Assembly: GCF_964355755.1 (NCBI RefSeq)
Contig: NC_092674.1
Coordinates: 1,364,001 to 1,428,000 of the forward strand
Source: Antedon mediterranea
Lineage: Eukaryota; Animalia; Echinodermata
DNA: 64,000 nucleotides
Direction: 5' to 3'
The position numbers were made by a program, and so were the translations under genes. This document shows positions 37,531-51,200 of the stretch, piece by piece (the stretch's first letter is position 1; every line of letters begins with the position of its first letter). Below the pieces are notes generated by a model. It was not told where the DNA came from and ran no database searches. It saw nothing but the letters and a program-made list of their open reading frames with translations.

Positions 37531-37856
37531 GTGATCAATGAAACAACGTCACATAGTACGAGTAATCAATGCTAACTAATTTAAAAACTACTTAGTTTGC
37601 ATGGAAGAGCAGAAGACAGGGTCCGTTCGTGTAAATAAAGCCTTACTCTCACATTAAGCTTGATTCCCACTAGGAGGCATGGATGCAACGCAAGGACGTA
37701 AACGGGCAGTAATTTGACCAATCATGTCGCAATAGATTTCTTTTTTTTTTATAAACATATTTCTACTGGATGACAATATCAACGTTGTCCCACAAAGGGG
37801 ACATTGTTGTTTTTCAAAAAGTCCAGCATAAAACCTAACAACATACATGATTATAT

Positions 37857-39826
37857 TCATTCATTCATTCATTCATTCATTTTATTTATACAAAGCAAAT
37901 TTCAAAATATGTTGACAAAGTATGAATCAAGTTAATATAAATGCATTGTATCTGGAGAAAACACAAATAAGCTCAAAGAGCTTTACGACAGGTTCCACCA
38001 AGAAAAAAGTTGTATAAAAAAAAAATTGGATCAACTGTTCATAGACAGAGACAAACAGGGGTTACAGACGGTACATACACTACGCAAGAGACCAAGTATA
38101 GACAAAGACAAGACAAACAAACAAATAAATAAATAAGGGTAAAAGAGGTGTTTGAAATAGGTCAAAATTTGGGTGAAATATTAAGTTTGTTTGTATTTTG
38201 ATATTAGGTATTTTTTGTATTTTGATTTAAATATGATGAAACTATAATCAAATAAAGACTTGTTAAGGGAGTTCCATAGTAAGGGGCCTGTGTGGATAAT
38301 TGAATTTCGGGAAGAGTTTCGATTTAGGTTAGATTGGACGTATTTGTTTGAATTTCGGGTATTATATTTGTGAAGCTCGTTATTTTTTTGAAAAAAATCT
38401 TTTTAAGGTATTAGGAAGTGTGTTATTGGAAAGTCGATACATGAAAAGGGCTGTCTGTAATTTGTTTATGTCAAAGATATTTAGGGTGTTTAGATCATGG
38501 AAAAGCGGTTTAGTATGTGAGAGATAATTTGATTGGGTACATATACGGACTGCCTTCTTTTGGAGTTTGAATAGTCTGTCAAGTTTAGTTGTTTCAGTAC
38601 TAAGCCATGGACAAAGAGTTTGATGCGTTGAATCTGTTGCTGCCCAGACAGTGTTACAATAGAAGAGGTGAGGCAAGATGAGTGTATTGTACAAAGAAGT
38701 GATGATTTTAGGAGGTAATGTAGATTTCAGTTTATTTAGTACACCAATGGTTTTGGAGATATTATTGGAGATTTGAGCTATATGAAGCTTCCAGTTTAAT
38801 TTGTTGTCTATTTGAACACCAAGAAATGATGTGCTTTCAACTTGTTTGATAGGGGTGTGATCGATGTATATATTTGCATTCGGATTGTTATTAGTTTTTT
38901 TGTTAGTGGAGAAGTGAATGTAGTTTGTTTTACTGATGTTAAGGGATAACTTATTTAGTTTGAACCAGTTTGAAACATTGCTGATTTCATTGTTGAAGGT
39001 TCTTGTTAGAGTGTTGAAATCAGGATGGGAAAGGAAGATATTGGTATCATCAGCAAATTGAACATATTAAAAAGAGTTTGAAGCATGGATTAAGTCATTA
39101 ACATAGATTAAGAAGAGAAGGGGGCCCAGAATGGATCCTTGAGGAACGCCGCATGTAACAGGAAGGAGTTCAGAAAAGTGGGAGTTATAGGAAGTAAATT
39201 GCGTTCTATTATTCAGGTAGTTCGTAAGAAGAGAAAGTGGTATGCCTCGGATGCCATAATATTTAAGTTTAGATAGGAGGATTGTATGGTCAATTGTATC
39301 GAATGCCTTAGACAGATCAAGAAATAAGCCAATGGTGTGGTAGTTTTTAGACAAAGCGGAAGAAATTGTGTTTTGGGTATCTAAAAGTGCAAGTTCAGTA
39401 GAATGATTAGGCCTGAAGCCGTATTGATTGCTTTGAAGAATGTTGTGAGAAGAGAGGAAGTTGTAGAGTCTGTTATAAATTAGCCGTTCAAGAATTTTAG
39501 AAAAACAAGATAATAAAGATATTGGACGGTAGTTGGCAAAATAATGGGGATCGTCCTTTTTGAAGATTGGAATGACTTTGGCAGTTTTAAGAGATGACGG
39601 AAATGTACCAGAAGACAAAGAAAGATTGAAAATATGAGAGAGGGGTTTGATAATGAAAGGAGCAATATCTTTGATAACTTTGGGATCGATGTCATCAGGA
39701 CCGGGGCTTTTTCCGTTTTTAAATTTGGAAGTGATTTCAACAATTTCTTTACAAGATGTAGGTGAGAAAAAGATTGAGTTCTTAATTGGGTTCTTAAGAT
39801 AGTTTGAAAAGTTACCAGAGTGAGCA
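37857..39826 (-). mobile_element. 5'-truncated CR1/L2-group LINE, pseudogenised
   Basis: NYRPISLL, QYGFR, LDLSKAFDTIDH, GVPQGSILGPLLF, FADD after an in-frame stop; (gaat)n tail at 37857-37880. Confidence 0.92.
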
Positions 39827-39908
39827 TGAATATTATATGAAATATATTATATAATACATCGTTTTTTAAAAATAGTAAAAAATGTTAAAATAGATCAAAA
39901 GAACAGTC

Positions 39909-40045
39909 GCTTGCGTTGCGTCTACGTGTAGTTGCGTTGCGTCTACGTGTAGTTGCGTTGCGTCTACGTGTAGTTGCGTTGCGTCTACGTGTAGTTGTGT
40001 TGCGTCTACGTGTAGTTGCGTTGCGTCTACGTGTAGTTGCGTTGT
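39909..40045. repeat. 21-bp tandem repeat (gttgcgttgcgtctacgtgta) expanded inside a MITE-B arm
   Basis: ~6 copies followed by the TIR agtgggaaccaagcttta. Confidence 0.9.
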
Positions 40046-41214
40046 GTCAAAGTGGGAACCAAGCTTTATGACACATGCTGTCTGAATACCGTAACATATT
40101 CGCAATTTCTTCCTCATTATAGGTAATCTACAAGAGGCATGGTGAAAGTTTCAGATATGGACATTGGATAATCTTTTGCTGTGACTTTCGCCGTTTTTCT
40201 GACCGATCATTTGTCCACAACGTGACATGAATGAAAGTGGATGCTTTAAATCTATATAGTTTGTTGTATTGTATATTAGAATCCTGTAATGTAACACATG
40301 TATGTGGAGATGATTTTAACAGAAGTTTATTATTAAAACATTGCAAATATGTTATCTATACTGTATTAAGCTCTGTCTACACTCAAACTAGTTTGACAAC
40401 AAAAAAAGTGCCCAAATATGGTAGTAATATGACATCATCAGACAAAGCTTTAAACCAAAGGCTATATAGCTGATATATCGTTGATTTGTAATCTTATTAA
40501 ATGTTAGTATTATCGTATTATAGTAATTATGTGTGTGATATATAGAATAAATACAATTCCATTGTATTCACTGCATACTGTTGATTTGTTTATTTTATCA
40601 TAAGATTTCCAAAACAAAATTATCGTTGTGTATTAGGCCTCAAACTTTATGTGACAAAAAAAATGTGATGTGCCCATATTTGGACATGATGATGGCATAT
40701 CACTACCATATTTGGGCATATCACTACCATATTTGGGCACTTCACACTTTTTTTTGTCAAACTAGTTTGATAGTGTGAACAGAGCTTTAGATTGCCAATA
40801 TTTCAAAATATTAAAACCATTGTGGTGTATTCACATTTACAAGTAGCCAGTATGGGCTGTCCTGTGTTTGTATCTGTGCAACACTGTACAAATTTATTAT
40901 TAAAGAGACAATTATATGATATAATTCTTTTTTATTATCACTGTGTAATTATATTGATGAAAATACAAACATGTTACATTCTCATTAAATTAATTTAACA
41001 TTAGGTAATGTACACATAAATATACCAAACTATGTCTACATTAACACCAACAAATATCTATTTGTTTATACTGTTAAGAACTAGGTTTGTACAAATGCAT
41101 GGATAAAAGAAAATTGTCTTTTTTAATTACCTATATACACATTCCAAACTAAAACAACTTTCCGTCTCTTTTGCGATAATTTGTGCATTTATAATTTCAT
41201 ATAATTATGTTGAA

Positions 41215-44200
41215 TTACAATGGTAATTCAAACTGAACGTCTACTGCCGCTTCTTTTGCTAACTCAACAATTGCAGACAACTTGACCACCTACAAAACAA
41301 GATCGAGATACTGAGCAAAACCAGAGGAAAATGTTTTCACTAAAATAACAAGATAAATGTATTCACAAACAGAAATTATTATATACATGACATACACTAT
41401 GTTTAGCCGTCTGGAGAGTCCAAATAAGCCTCAAAGAGATTTGAGACTGGTTCCACCAGGGAGAAAAAGAAAGTTTAGATTGAGCTTTATAGACAGAAAC
41501 AGATTGGAGTTACAGATGATACATATAATACAGAGATAAAGTATGGACAGATGATACATACAACATCACAATTTGTATAGAGTATTATTCTAAAACACAC
41601 ATAACCAAGTTTCTCTTCAATTAAATTTATCCTCATGATGGATCTTCTCTGGGCCTTTTGACAACCATGAGTTTTACTCAAGATCTCTCTACACTATCAA
41701 ACTTCATGTGACAAAAAAATGAGATGCGACCATAATGATATTATATCACTTCCAAATTTGGGCACATCACATTTTTTTGTCAAACTAGTTTTGATAGTGT
41801 AAACAGAGCTTGATTCAAGAGCAAGATGTTTAGGGCTTTGTAACTCACCATTTTAGCTGCCTCATCAAGGTCATTACAGGCAATAATTCTCATATCACTA
41901 GCTGCTATTAGTGCTTTAGCATCTTCAACCTGTGTTCCTATATAAATACAATAAACACATTCAACAGTAGAAGCAAACAAAAGTAAGCTAGCACCAGACA
42001 GAATGGCTTTAAAGAAGATACGAAGACTCCAATGACAGTTGGAATTCACCAATCACACTTCAGGCAAAAGGAAATTTATCCCATCTATGTAATTACAGTA
42101 CCACAAGAGAAATTCATAACTATTATATTAATTTAGTATATCATCTTCTAAATGATATCTTTGATTGTATTCAAATGGTATTTTTGTTAATGTTCTATTG
42201 GTTTAATAAATGTTAACAACTCAAATCAAGATACAGTGTGATACAGTGTGATATTAATGAATACTTAAGTAAATGACTTACTTACCTTGTAACCTACATA
42301 CAATTGGTATTTTAAGACTAAGATCACTGGCAGCTGCTATGATACCTTGAGCAATCACATCACACCGCATAATGCCACCAAATATGTTAACCAATATTGC
42401 ATTCACCTTCAAAACAAACAAACTCATTTAGTAAGTATGGTAGTGATGTGCCCAAATATGGTAGTGATATGCCCAAATATGGTAGTGTTATGACATCATC
42501 ATGTCCCATATACGGGCACATCACATGCAAACATGGCAAGCTGTACATTTGACTTATATATATGAAACAATTAAATAAGCTTGGGAATGAGATCAGATGT
42601 TACGGTAGATTTTTTACTTTCAGTCATTAGTACTTGCATGCCATTTCGCTTGCCCAATTACTTTACGCTTTGTGATGGAATAGATGCTAGCTTAAATGTT
42701 TCTTTTTTGGCAGGGCATATTGGCTAACAATAAATTTAGTCATGGTGATAGATCATTTCTTACATTTGGATCTGATGTAATGAGTTTAAAAGCTTCTTTT
42801 ACTTGGTCTTTAGTTGCACCTCCTCCAACATCTAAGAAGTTAGCTGGTGAACCTTTGTTAAGTTTGATAATATCCATAGTAGACATAGCCAAACCAGCAC
42901 CATTCACTGCAAATAGTAAGTCCATACTTAGTAGAGGTTTTGACAATGTTGAGGAATTATGACCATTAAATTCATTCATTCATGTTTATATGACGGCCCC
43001 AGGATTATCAGCATATGCTATTTAGTGTTACCTTCTTTAAATAAGGTTTAATAAAAATTAAAATAAATTCATCTAATTATTTTTTCTTTTTAGCATGATA
43101 ACATATACATCTACAGCAAATGAAAAAGATTAATCTAAAAAATCGTTGTACAGATAAAAAACAAAAAAAGTTAAAAAAAATATATAGTTAAAACAAGAAG
43201 GCATTCCACTGTACTGTGCATTTTTGACACAATATAAATGACAGATGTTTTATGTGACACTTACCTAGACAACCTATTGTTCCATCAAGTTGAATGTAGT
43301 TCAGATTTGATTTTGATGCTTCTACTTCTCGTGGATCTTCTTGAGTATTGTCTCTCAATTTATGAATATCTTTTTGTCTGTATGACGCATTGTCATCAAA
43401 GTTGATTTTACAGTCCATGCATATAACTGAAGAAAGAACCATTTTAATTGATAATCAAGTTAAAACAGATAAGAAAAGAGAACATACATTCATACTACAC
43501 AGAAACAGTGCTTAAACTCTGTCTACACTATCAAACTAGTTTGACAAAAAAAGTGCGATGTGCCCAAATATGGTAGTGATATGATATCATCATGTCCATA
43601 TTATGGGCACATCACATTTTTGTCACATAAAGTTTGATAGTGTAGACAGCATTATATCAGATAAAAAGAGATCATACATTCATAATACACCGCAACAGTT
43701 TAGTAAAACAAATATTGGAATCTTGTGGCCAGTGGGACCAGTATTAGTTATAGTATGTACAGTAGTAATTCAATTGAAACCTACCTTTGCCTGTATTATC
43801 CTCAGCAAGTGGGTTAATCTCCAACATTGTTGCATCGTATTTTATGAGAAGATTATACAGTTTAATAAAGGTATCAGCAGCCTACAAACAAATTAAGTAT
43901 TTTTGTCATAATCCCAAAATACTATTTCATAGCAGGGTATAGCTTTGTCTACACCATCAAAGTAGTTTGACAAAAAAAGTGTGATGTGCCCAAATATGGT
44001 AGTAATAATATGTTTAAATATATAAGTGATATTTTTCAATTCAATTCAAGTTAACATTTATTTCTTTCAAAACAAAATAATATGACATCATCGTGTCCAT
44101 ATTATCTGCACATCACATTTTGTTGTCCCATCAAGTTTGATAGTGTAGACAAAGCTTTAGAACAACTACTGTATTTCAGTCAAATAATAACAATTATACA

Positions 44201-47063
44201 TTACAACATACTTACATCTTCAATACATGCTCCTGAAAAACCTATTCTTTTTGCTACATCTATTGCTACTTCTTTTGATAATCCTAGGAATAATACAAGT
44301 GTGCAAAGTGTTAAATTCTACCCTACATTTCCATTGGACTCTAATTTCAAATTATTTACTAATCAGCAGAATGCAGAGAGGGATGAAAACATAGCTTAAT
44401 ATCTGATTGAATGTCAGAATGAATATTAGTAAATACTGTAGATGCAACAGCCTACCTTCATTGATATCAATTCCTTGTTTAACAATAGAATCTGGACTTT
44501 CTTGAGCTATTTCTTCAATATTAACTCCTCCTTCTGAACTTGCAATAATTACGGGACCCTACAATAGCAAATAGATATACTGTAATGTTAACTTTTATTA
44601 CAGCTAGAAGATGAAATGTAGATTTACACCAACTATATTATAAAATAGAAGATCTTGAAAAACATTTAAAAGTAGATGAGAATAATGTTCTGAAAGATTA
44701 TGAATGTAGTCTATAAACAATCAAACATAGGAACTCAACATTTACAACTCAAACCTACCATATATGATCTATTTAATGTTAGGTGTGAATGCATACTTAC
44801 CATATATGATCTATCTAATGTTAGGTGTGAATGCATACTTACCATATATGATCTATCTAATGTTAGGTGTGAATGCATACTTACCATATATGATCTATTT
44901 AATGTTAGGTGTGAATGCATACTTACCATATATGATCTATTTAATGTTAGGTGTGAATGCATACTTACCATATATGATCTATTTAATGTTAGGTGTGAAT
45001 GCATACTTACCATATATGATCTATCTAATGTTAGGTGTGAATGCATACTTACCATATATGATCTATTTAATGTTAGGTGTGAATGCATACTTACCATATA
45101 TGACCTATCTAATGTTAGGTGTGAATGCATACTTACCATATATGACCTATTTAATGTTAGGTGTGAATGCATACTTACCATATATGATCTATCTAATGTT
45201 AGGTGTGAATGCATACTTACCATATATGATCTATCTAATGTTAGGTGTGAATGCATACTTACCATATATGATCTATCTAATGTTAGGTGTGAATGCATAC
45301 TTACCATATATGATCTATCTAATGTTATTGCAAAGTAATATTCACGTCTTGAATACATTCGTTCACACACTAAAACCTGAAATAACAAATAAACTATTAT
45401 ATATTAGCTATCACTGTAGATGAATTATTTACAGAAATTATACAGAGATTTACTACTTACTACTACTTTTAATAACTTACAGAATTGCATGGCCTGCCAA
45501 TAGCTCCGGTTTGCTTCGTTATTAACTTGTTTCCAATCATCTGAGATGCTAATTCACGTACTTCTGTTGGGCTACACAAAGATTATTTAATAATAACATC
45601 TTCAAAATATTTTTTAGAGTTGGAAAATATAAATCACTATTGGATTTAATTTTGTAATTCCAGAAATACCAATTAACTCATTGTTGTAGTATTGATTAAA
45701 AAAATGTTGTATAGGTATTATGAACAAAAATACATACGAGAAAGCTAATTTAACACCTCCTTTAAGACCACTCTCAAAGTAACCTTTGCCCCTTCCACCA
45801 GCCAGTACTTGTGCTTTGACCACTACATCATTCCCTCCTGTACAAAATAAAAAAATACACATAAAGTTGCAGATCTTAAATACTGTAGATATATTTATTT
45901 ATTTTCATAACTACGCCGCTTCTAGAGCTCTGTCTACTACACTATCAAACTTTATGTGATAAAAAATGTCATGTCATATCACTACCATGTAAACATACCA
46001 CTATCATGTAAACATATCACTATCATACTTGGGCACATCATTTTTTTTTGTAACACTAGTTTGATAGTGTAAACAGAGCTTTACAATATAATTTTGACAC
46101 CAAACATCGTAAACCTTCTTACCAAGATCTGTTGCTGCTTGAAATGCCTCATCTGGTGTCATAGCAACCTTTGACCCAGGGATTGAGACACCTGCTTCTT
46201 GCAGTAGGTTGAAACTTAGGTACTCATGAAGCGATAAATGTCTACGCTGCTGTTGTCCACACAGAAACCCATTACCAATGGCTGCAGCGACCTAGGAAAG
46301 ACAAAGTAAAATGTACAAACGATATAAATTCAATGTCAACTGAATGATTACTCAACAAGAATATGTTTGGTCTATCATCCCTGGTCTATTGCTAATTTTT
46401 TTTTCTAATATTAACATTAATTTTAAAGAAATTTATTTAATTAATAATAATATTAATAAATCCAAAGGCAAATTACTGACAAAATTCAGTGGCTGGATCT
46501 CAATGGAGATACAAAAAAAAGCTAGGCCTAAATCAAAACGATAAAGTAAACAGCCAGAAAAGTTAGCAGAGCTTTCGGGCAACACTGGCCTACTAGTACT
46601 ATAGACTAGGCCTAGCCCTTTATCAGAAATTAATAAAAATAAATAATAAATTAATGTGATAAAAATATAAAATAGATAGTAGGCCTATATTGTTTGTCAT
46701 CACTATTTCAATAAATAGAACTTGAGCCTACCTAATACTGGCTGGTTGTTGCGTGTCCAAATGTGCACTTTCTTAACTTATGTCATAATGACAGGCTAGG
46801 CCTAGGCCTCCCTACGCACTTTCTACTTCTCGCGACCGGAGCGAATCCCGTTGTCAGCCAGCTACGATTTGCGGTCATATTAATTTAGGTTAGTATGCCT
46901 AGGCCTAGACACTATTTTCACTAAATTTTGTAAAAATAAAATGCAAGAATATTTCCAAAATAATCCTATAATCAGTAAATCATAATCTTACCTTTGTATG
47001 ATGCTGTAATCCCTGTTTTGCAGCAATCAATCTGCTCCCGAGTCGACATATTGAAGAAGCCAT
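41215..47063 (-). CDS. SUCLA2: Succinate-CoA ligase [ADP-forming] beta subunit, mitochondrial, 13 coding exons
   Basis: Exons ~47063-46992 (transit peptide), 46291-46123 (LSLHEY), 45837-45738 ([12 protein letters not shown]), 45571-45481, 45376-45305 ([13 protein letters not shown]), 44558-44456 (GGVNIEE), 44282-44215, 43881-43785 (EINPL), 43426-43265 ([10 protein letters not shown]), 42906-42764 ([19 protein letters not shown]), 42406-42286 ([10 protein letters not shown]), 41937-41849, 41289-41215 ([17 protein letters not shown]). The C-terminal extension resembles SUCLA2 rather than SUCLG2. Confidence 0.95.
43513..43650. mobile_element. MITE family A copy
   Basis: Both TIRs visible, opposite orientation to the 37124 copy. 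Confidence 0.85.
44756..45327 (-). repeat. 42-bp minisatellite spanning the SUCLA2 exon 5/intron junction, 14 donor copies
   Basis: Unit = 23 nt exon tail taacattagatagatcatatatg + 19 nt intron head gtaagtatgcattcacacc. Confidence 0.97.
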
Positions 47064-47390
47064 TTTGAATGTTAAGAATGTTTTATCCTCATTCTATAAC
47101 TTTTAAATGTTAACTGTTTATTTCAGCTAATAAAAAAATATAATACTTTACTTATATATAAAAAAAAACCTAATAACATTTTTCAAGTTTAATTAGTTGT
47201 GTATTCAATATTAGAAAAATACAATTTAGAGCAATAAATGATTCATAATTTCAAAGCTAGTTTAAACTTTCAACTCTATGTTTATTTCCGGTCGCCAATT
47301 ACAAATTCCAGGTACCGAAATTAATTGTCTTCGACTTCTTTTTGTCATGTAAATAAGCACATTTCGTCAGTATTCTGAGTTGTATGAGGT
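47064..47390. promoter_or_regulatory. Probable bidirectional promoter between SUCLA2 and the PP2A B'' gene
   Basis: Head-to-head geometry; candidate plus-strand non-coding exon ending gag|gtagat at 47388; YY1-like gccatttt over the SUCLA2 ATG. Inferred. Confidence 0.5.
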
Positions 47391-48292
47391 AGATAAGTAT
47401 TCTATTAAAAACCACGCATTATAAGATTTTAAAAATAATGTGTCTGTAAAATTTATGCCTATTTTTATATCGAGGCCCACGTCGTTGACAATTTTGTTGT
47501 TGACTGTCTGTCTCATCATAAGCTCAACTCCATCAGACGTTCTCTCTGTTGACTGTCAAAAATGAGGAATTGATGTAGGCCTAGAGGCTAAACCATGAGT
47601 AATAATACGTCGGGGGAGGGCTAATACATTTAGGCCTACTTGTAGCCATGAAGACAGTAGCTCGACCTATAGTATTTGGTTATCATTATGAATACTGATG
47701 AGTGATGTTGAGATGATGTGAAAATTAAATAAAAATAAATTTCATTTTATTTTAATGATTTACACTACAGTATTAATAAATATTATATTTTAGGCTATAT
47801 TAGGCCTATTGCTATATATTTATAAATTTTCTTGCAGGTTTACAAAAATGGCTCATTATTATTGTTAATGAATAATTAATTTCATTTTTAATATTGATAG
47901 TATATATAATAAATAATATATTAATTTAATACGTATCATGCCATGGCAATACTCATTCATTTGGTTAATTTTGTTTTTATTTTAATTTTTAATATTTCCA
48001 ATGCCTTGCCATGTTCTTTATAAAGTATGCTCAGTTACTGATAAGTGTTATATTGGCAATGTGTATAAAATTATACTTCTAATTCTAAATACTAATGATT
48101 CTTTTATTTAACTTGAACTTTTCTATTAATATTATTGTTTCTTTTTAAGGAAGTGCACTTGTTGTTTACCATTGTAAACTTATATTGAATCAATGTTATA
48201 GTACAAACAAAATTAAATTTTATTTTTTCAGATGATTGCCAAAAATTGGTTTTAATGTTGTGTTTTTCAATCATGAGGTAGAAACAAAAATC

Positions 48293-51200
48293 ATGGGAAA
48301 ATTAAAGCCACTTCTACGTCTAAAAATCGATGAACTATTTCTACGGTGGTTGAGTGAAGCGGACACGCAAGAAACCTTGCGTGAAAACCTATCACTCATC
48401 AAAAAGGGAGAAAACATAGACTACATTCCGTCGTCAGCATTTCAGTATAAGAGCCATGGTAGCCCTGCATCACCCTTACTCAGGGTCTCATCACCAACAA
48501 CTCCTCCTTGTTCACCAATTCCAAACAGTACTCCAAGTCCTCGGAGACGAAGCACTAACAAACTGTCAACATCATTATCCAAGTCACTCACTGCTAAGGT
48601 AAGTAACAAACCACACATTGTATTAATTCTAGTATAGTAATAACCTAACATGATGGTATGAAATTAATACTTATTTTATTAATGCTGCAACAAATCTATG
48701 TATTGAAAATGAAAGATGATTGTTGTGCTGTTTACATCCAATCTTGTGTTCATAGAAAATTATTAAAACAGTATTTTGTTTAAATATTAGACTGACTAAT
48801 TTGAAGGAAATAATTGTAACCCCTAACATAATAATAGAACATTCCAAAATATTTGACCAATCATTAGACAGTATTTAGTGACTTAATTCAATATAACTAA
48901 TGTAATTTACTAATAGCTCATTTTCTTGAATCGTATTAAATACATAGGAATTTATATAATTATTACTTTGTTCAACCCTAGATAGTTTATTTGGCACTAG
49001 ATGTTGCATACTCTGGTATACAGTACAATAGTGCCACACATTTGTGAAATTCAAGCTTATTAATTAAAGTTAGTAAGCATTTAATGATTGTTGAGTTATT
49101 TGCATTCGTTGATATAAATAAGATATTAAGTTTTCGTGCTAAGTGCTAAGATTAAACTTGCTTCGTCTTTTCAGGCTTGACCCTAAAGAGTTTGATATTG
49201 CTCTTTAATTGGCATGATAGGAATTTTACTAGCTTGCAGGCATGTTCTAATCTAGCTCAAATTCCTCAGGCGGCGGTCTTACTTTAAAACAGTTTATATT
49301 TATCACCTGCCACAATATTAAACACATAAACGACCAAGTAAATCATTTATTGTAAAAGATGTTCTGTTTATGCTTGTATAAATAAAAGATATTTGACATT
49401 TTTAGGATTTCAAGAGAAATGATATTTGATAATGTAATCCATGCTCCATTCCCTACAAATTAAATTCAAGCTAAATTATGACACAAAATCACCAATATTA
49501 AATTATTATTATGCTATCTGAGTATAATCCCACCACTAATTTTTTTTCTCTAAATTTCATACTCAGGTCCCCCTGTGGTCTCCCTACTTGACCATACGGA
49601 CATTTTTTTTTCTTTTTGTAAGATTATTTTGGTAAACTAAATATCGAAAAATGGTTTTTCCTTTTTTCTTGGAAAAACCAGTCACTGCAACATTTTGTTT
49701 GTTCTCTCATAGATACTGTACTTAAATAAACGTTATGTTGCTAGTTAAAGATGTATTGTTTCCTGTTTCCACGGAGACAACTTTCAATTACAGTATTTGT
49801 CACATGACCCAAAAAGTTGATTGAGGTCAAAGTGATTAACATTCTTACTCACTAACATTACCACATACTGTACTGATCCTACACTCAAATAGCCTCCAAT
49901 AGTATTAATAATAATAATAATCACTGAACATTATGCACCATTTTTATTACAATTTTTTTTTTTAATATAACACATTAGAGACACTGTTTAATTTTCTATT
50001 TATTCAATACTATACTTTGATTAAAATATTGTTAGCAGAATTTCTGGGGATAATTTTATGACACAATAAAGATAATAACAATAATTTGATATCGTGCAAT
50101 ATTAGATAATTGACTGTCTGTCACTGTTATTATTTGATAAATTAGGCTACCACATGCGGAGACAACTGTTAGTTAAAATCTATTAATGACCCGATTTTAA
50201 ATAGACTATGAAATGAAAGATGATGATGTTACAAATGGTAACCAGATCTAATCACCGACTTCTGTCATAGGCCTCTCATCATGCTTGCTTCCTTATAAGG
50301 GCATGCCATCTAGGCCTATACTGTAGCTTTAGCAAGCAGAGTGGATCAGTCCAAATGGTAAATTTTAAGGCCATTGAGATCTTATGAATCAAGTGAAACA
50401 GCTGGTACATGAGGCCTACAAAGAGGCATACTGTTAGTATCAGAAGGGAGGACATACTTCAATCATTGATATTTTGTTTTTTTATTGTTGTTGAATCAAA
50501 AGTGAATTTGTATTATATTGATGGTGACTACATGGGTACTGCATCAATTAACGTTAACTGTTAGCAACAATGTTTATAATTTTCCAGAGAAGCAAAGACG
50601 ATTTTGTTGATTTTTTTCTGCAATAGAAAGCTTTTCAATTGATTTGATGTCATCAGCGATGATTGATGTTTTTATTTGTGGTTTTGTACAATGTTGGACT
50701 CCAATCCAGGATGTAATTTGTCATGTATGTAAGGTGATGAAATGATTGACACATGGTGTGACTGTTTAGATTCTAAGGAATCACCAATCAATGATTGCAT
50801 ACGCTGTTTATTAGTTGTATGAACTCTTACAATACAAACACTAAATGTAGCTGTTACTCAAAGAACTTGAAATATTTTTTGCAGGCATTTTGTGTCAAAG
50901 ACTAAAGCCCACTTTGTGTTTCATGTTTCAATTTTGTCCTACACATCGTTATTGCATAAACTAATTGTATCAACGTCATTATGCATTTTAATACCCTACA
51001 AACATGTCAACTGTATTGCTGTTATTCTTATAGAATTTTAAAGTTTTTTAATTTGTTTTGTCATTAACATTGTTTTTCTTGATTGTTAATTGTGGTTTTT
51101 GCTGCAACCGGACTATTAGTTATTGAACAATAAATAGTCGTTTTCAACGTGTAATTGTGGTGTTTTGTAAATGCCAGCCATTCTTAATATGCAGACATGT

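Noticed and set aside
44700-45423. ORFs 44700-45338 and 44764-45423 (plus) as independent genes
   Set aside because: Products of a stop-free 42-bp repeat, antisense to SUCLA2.
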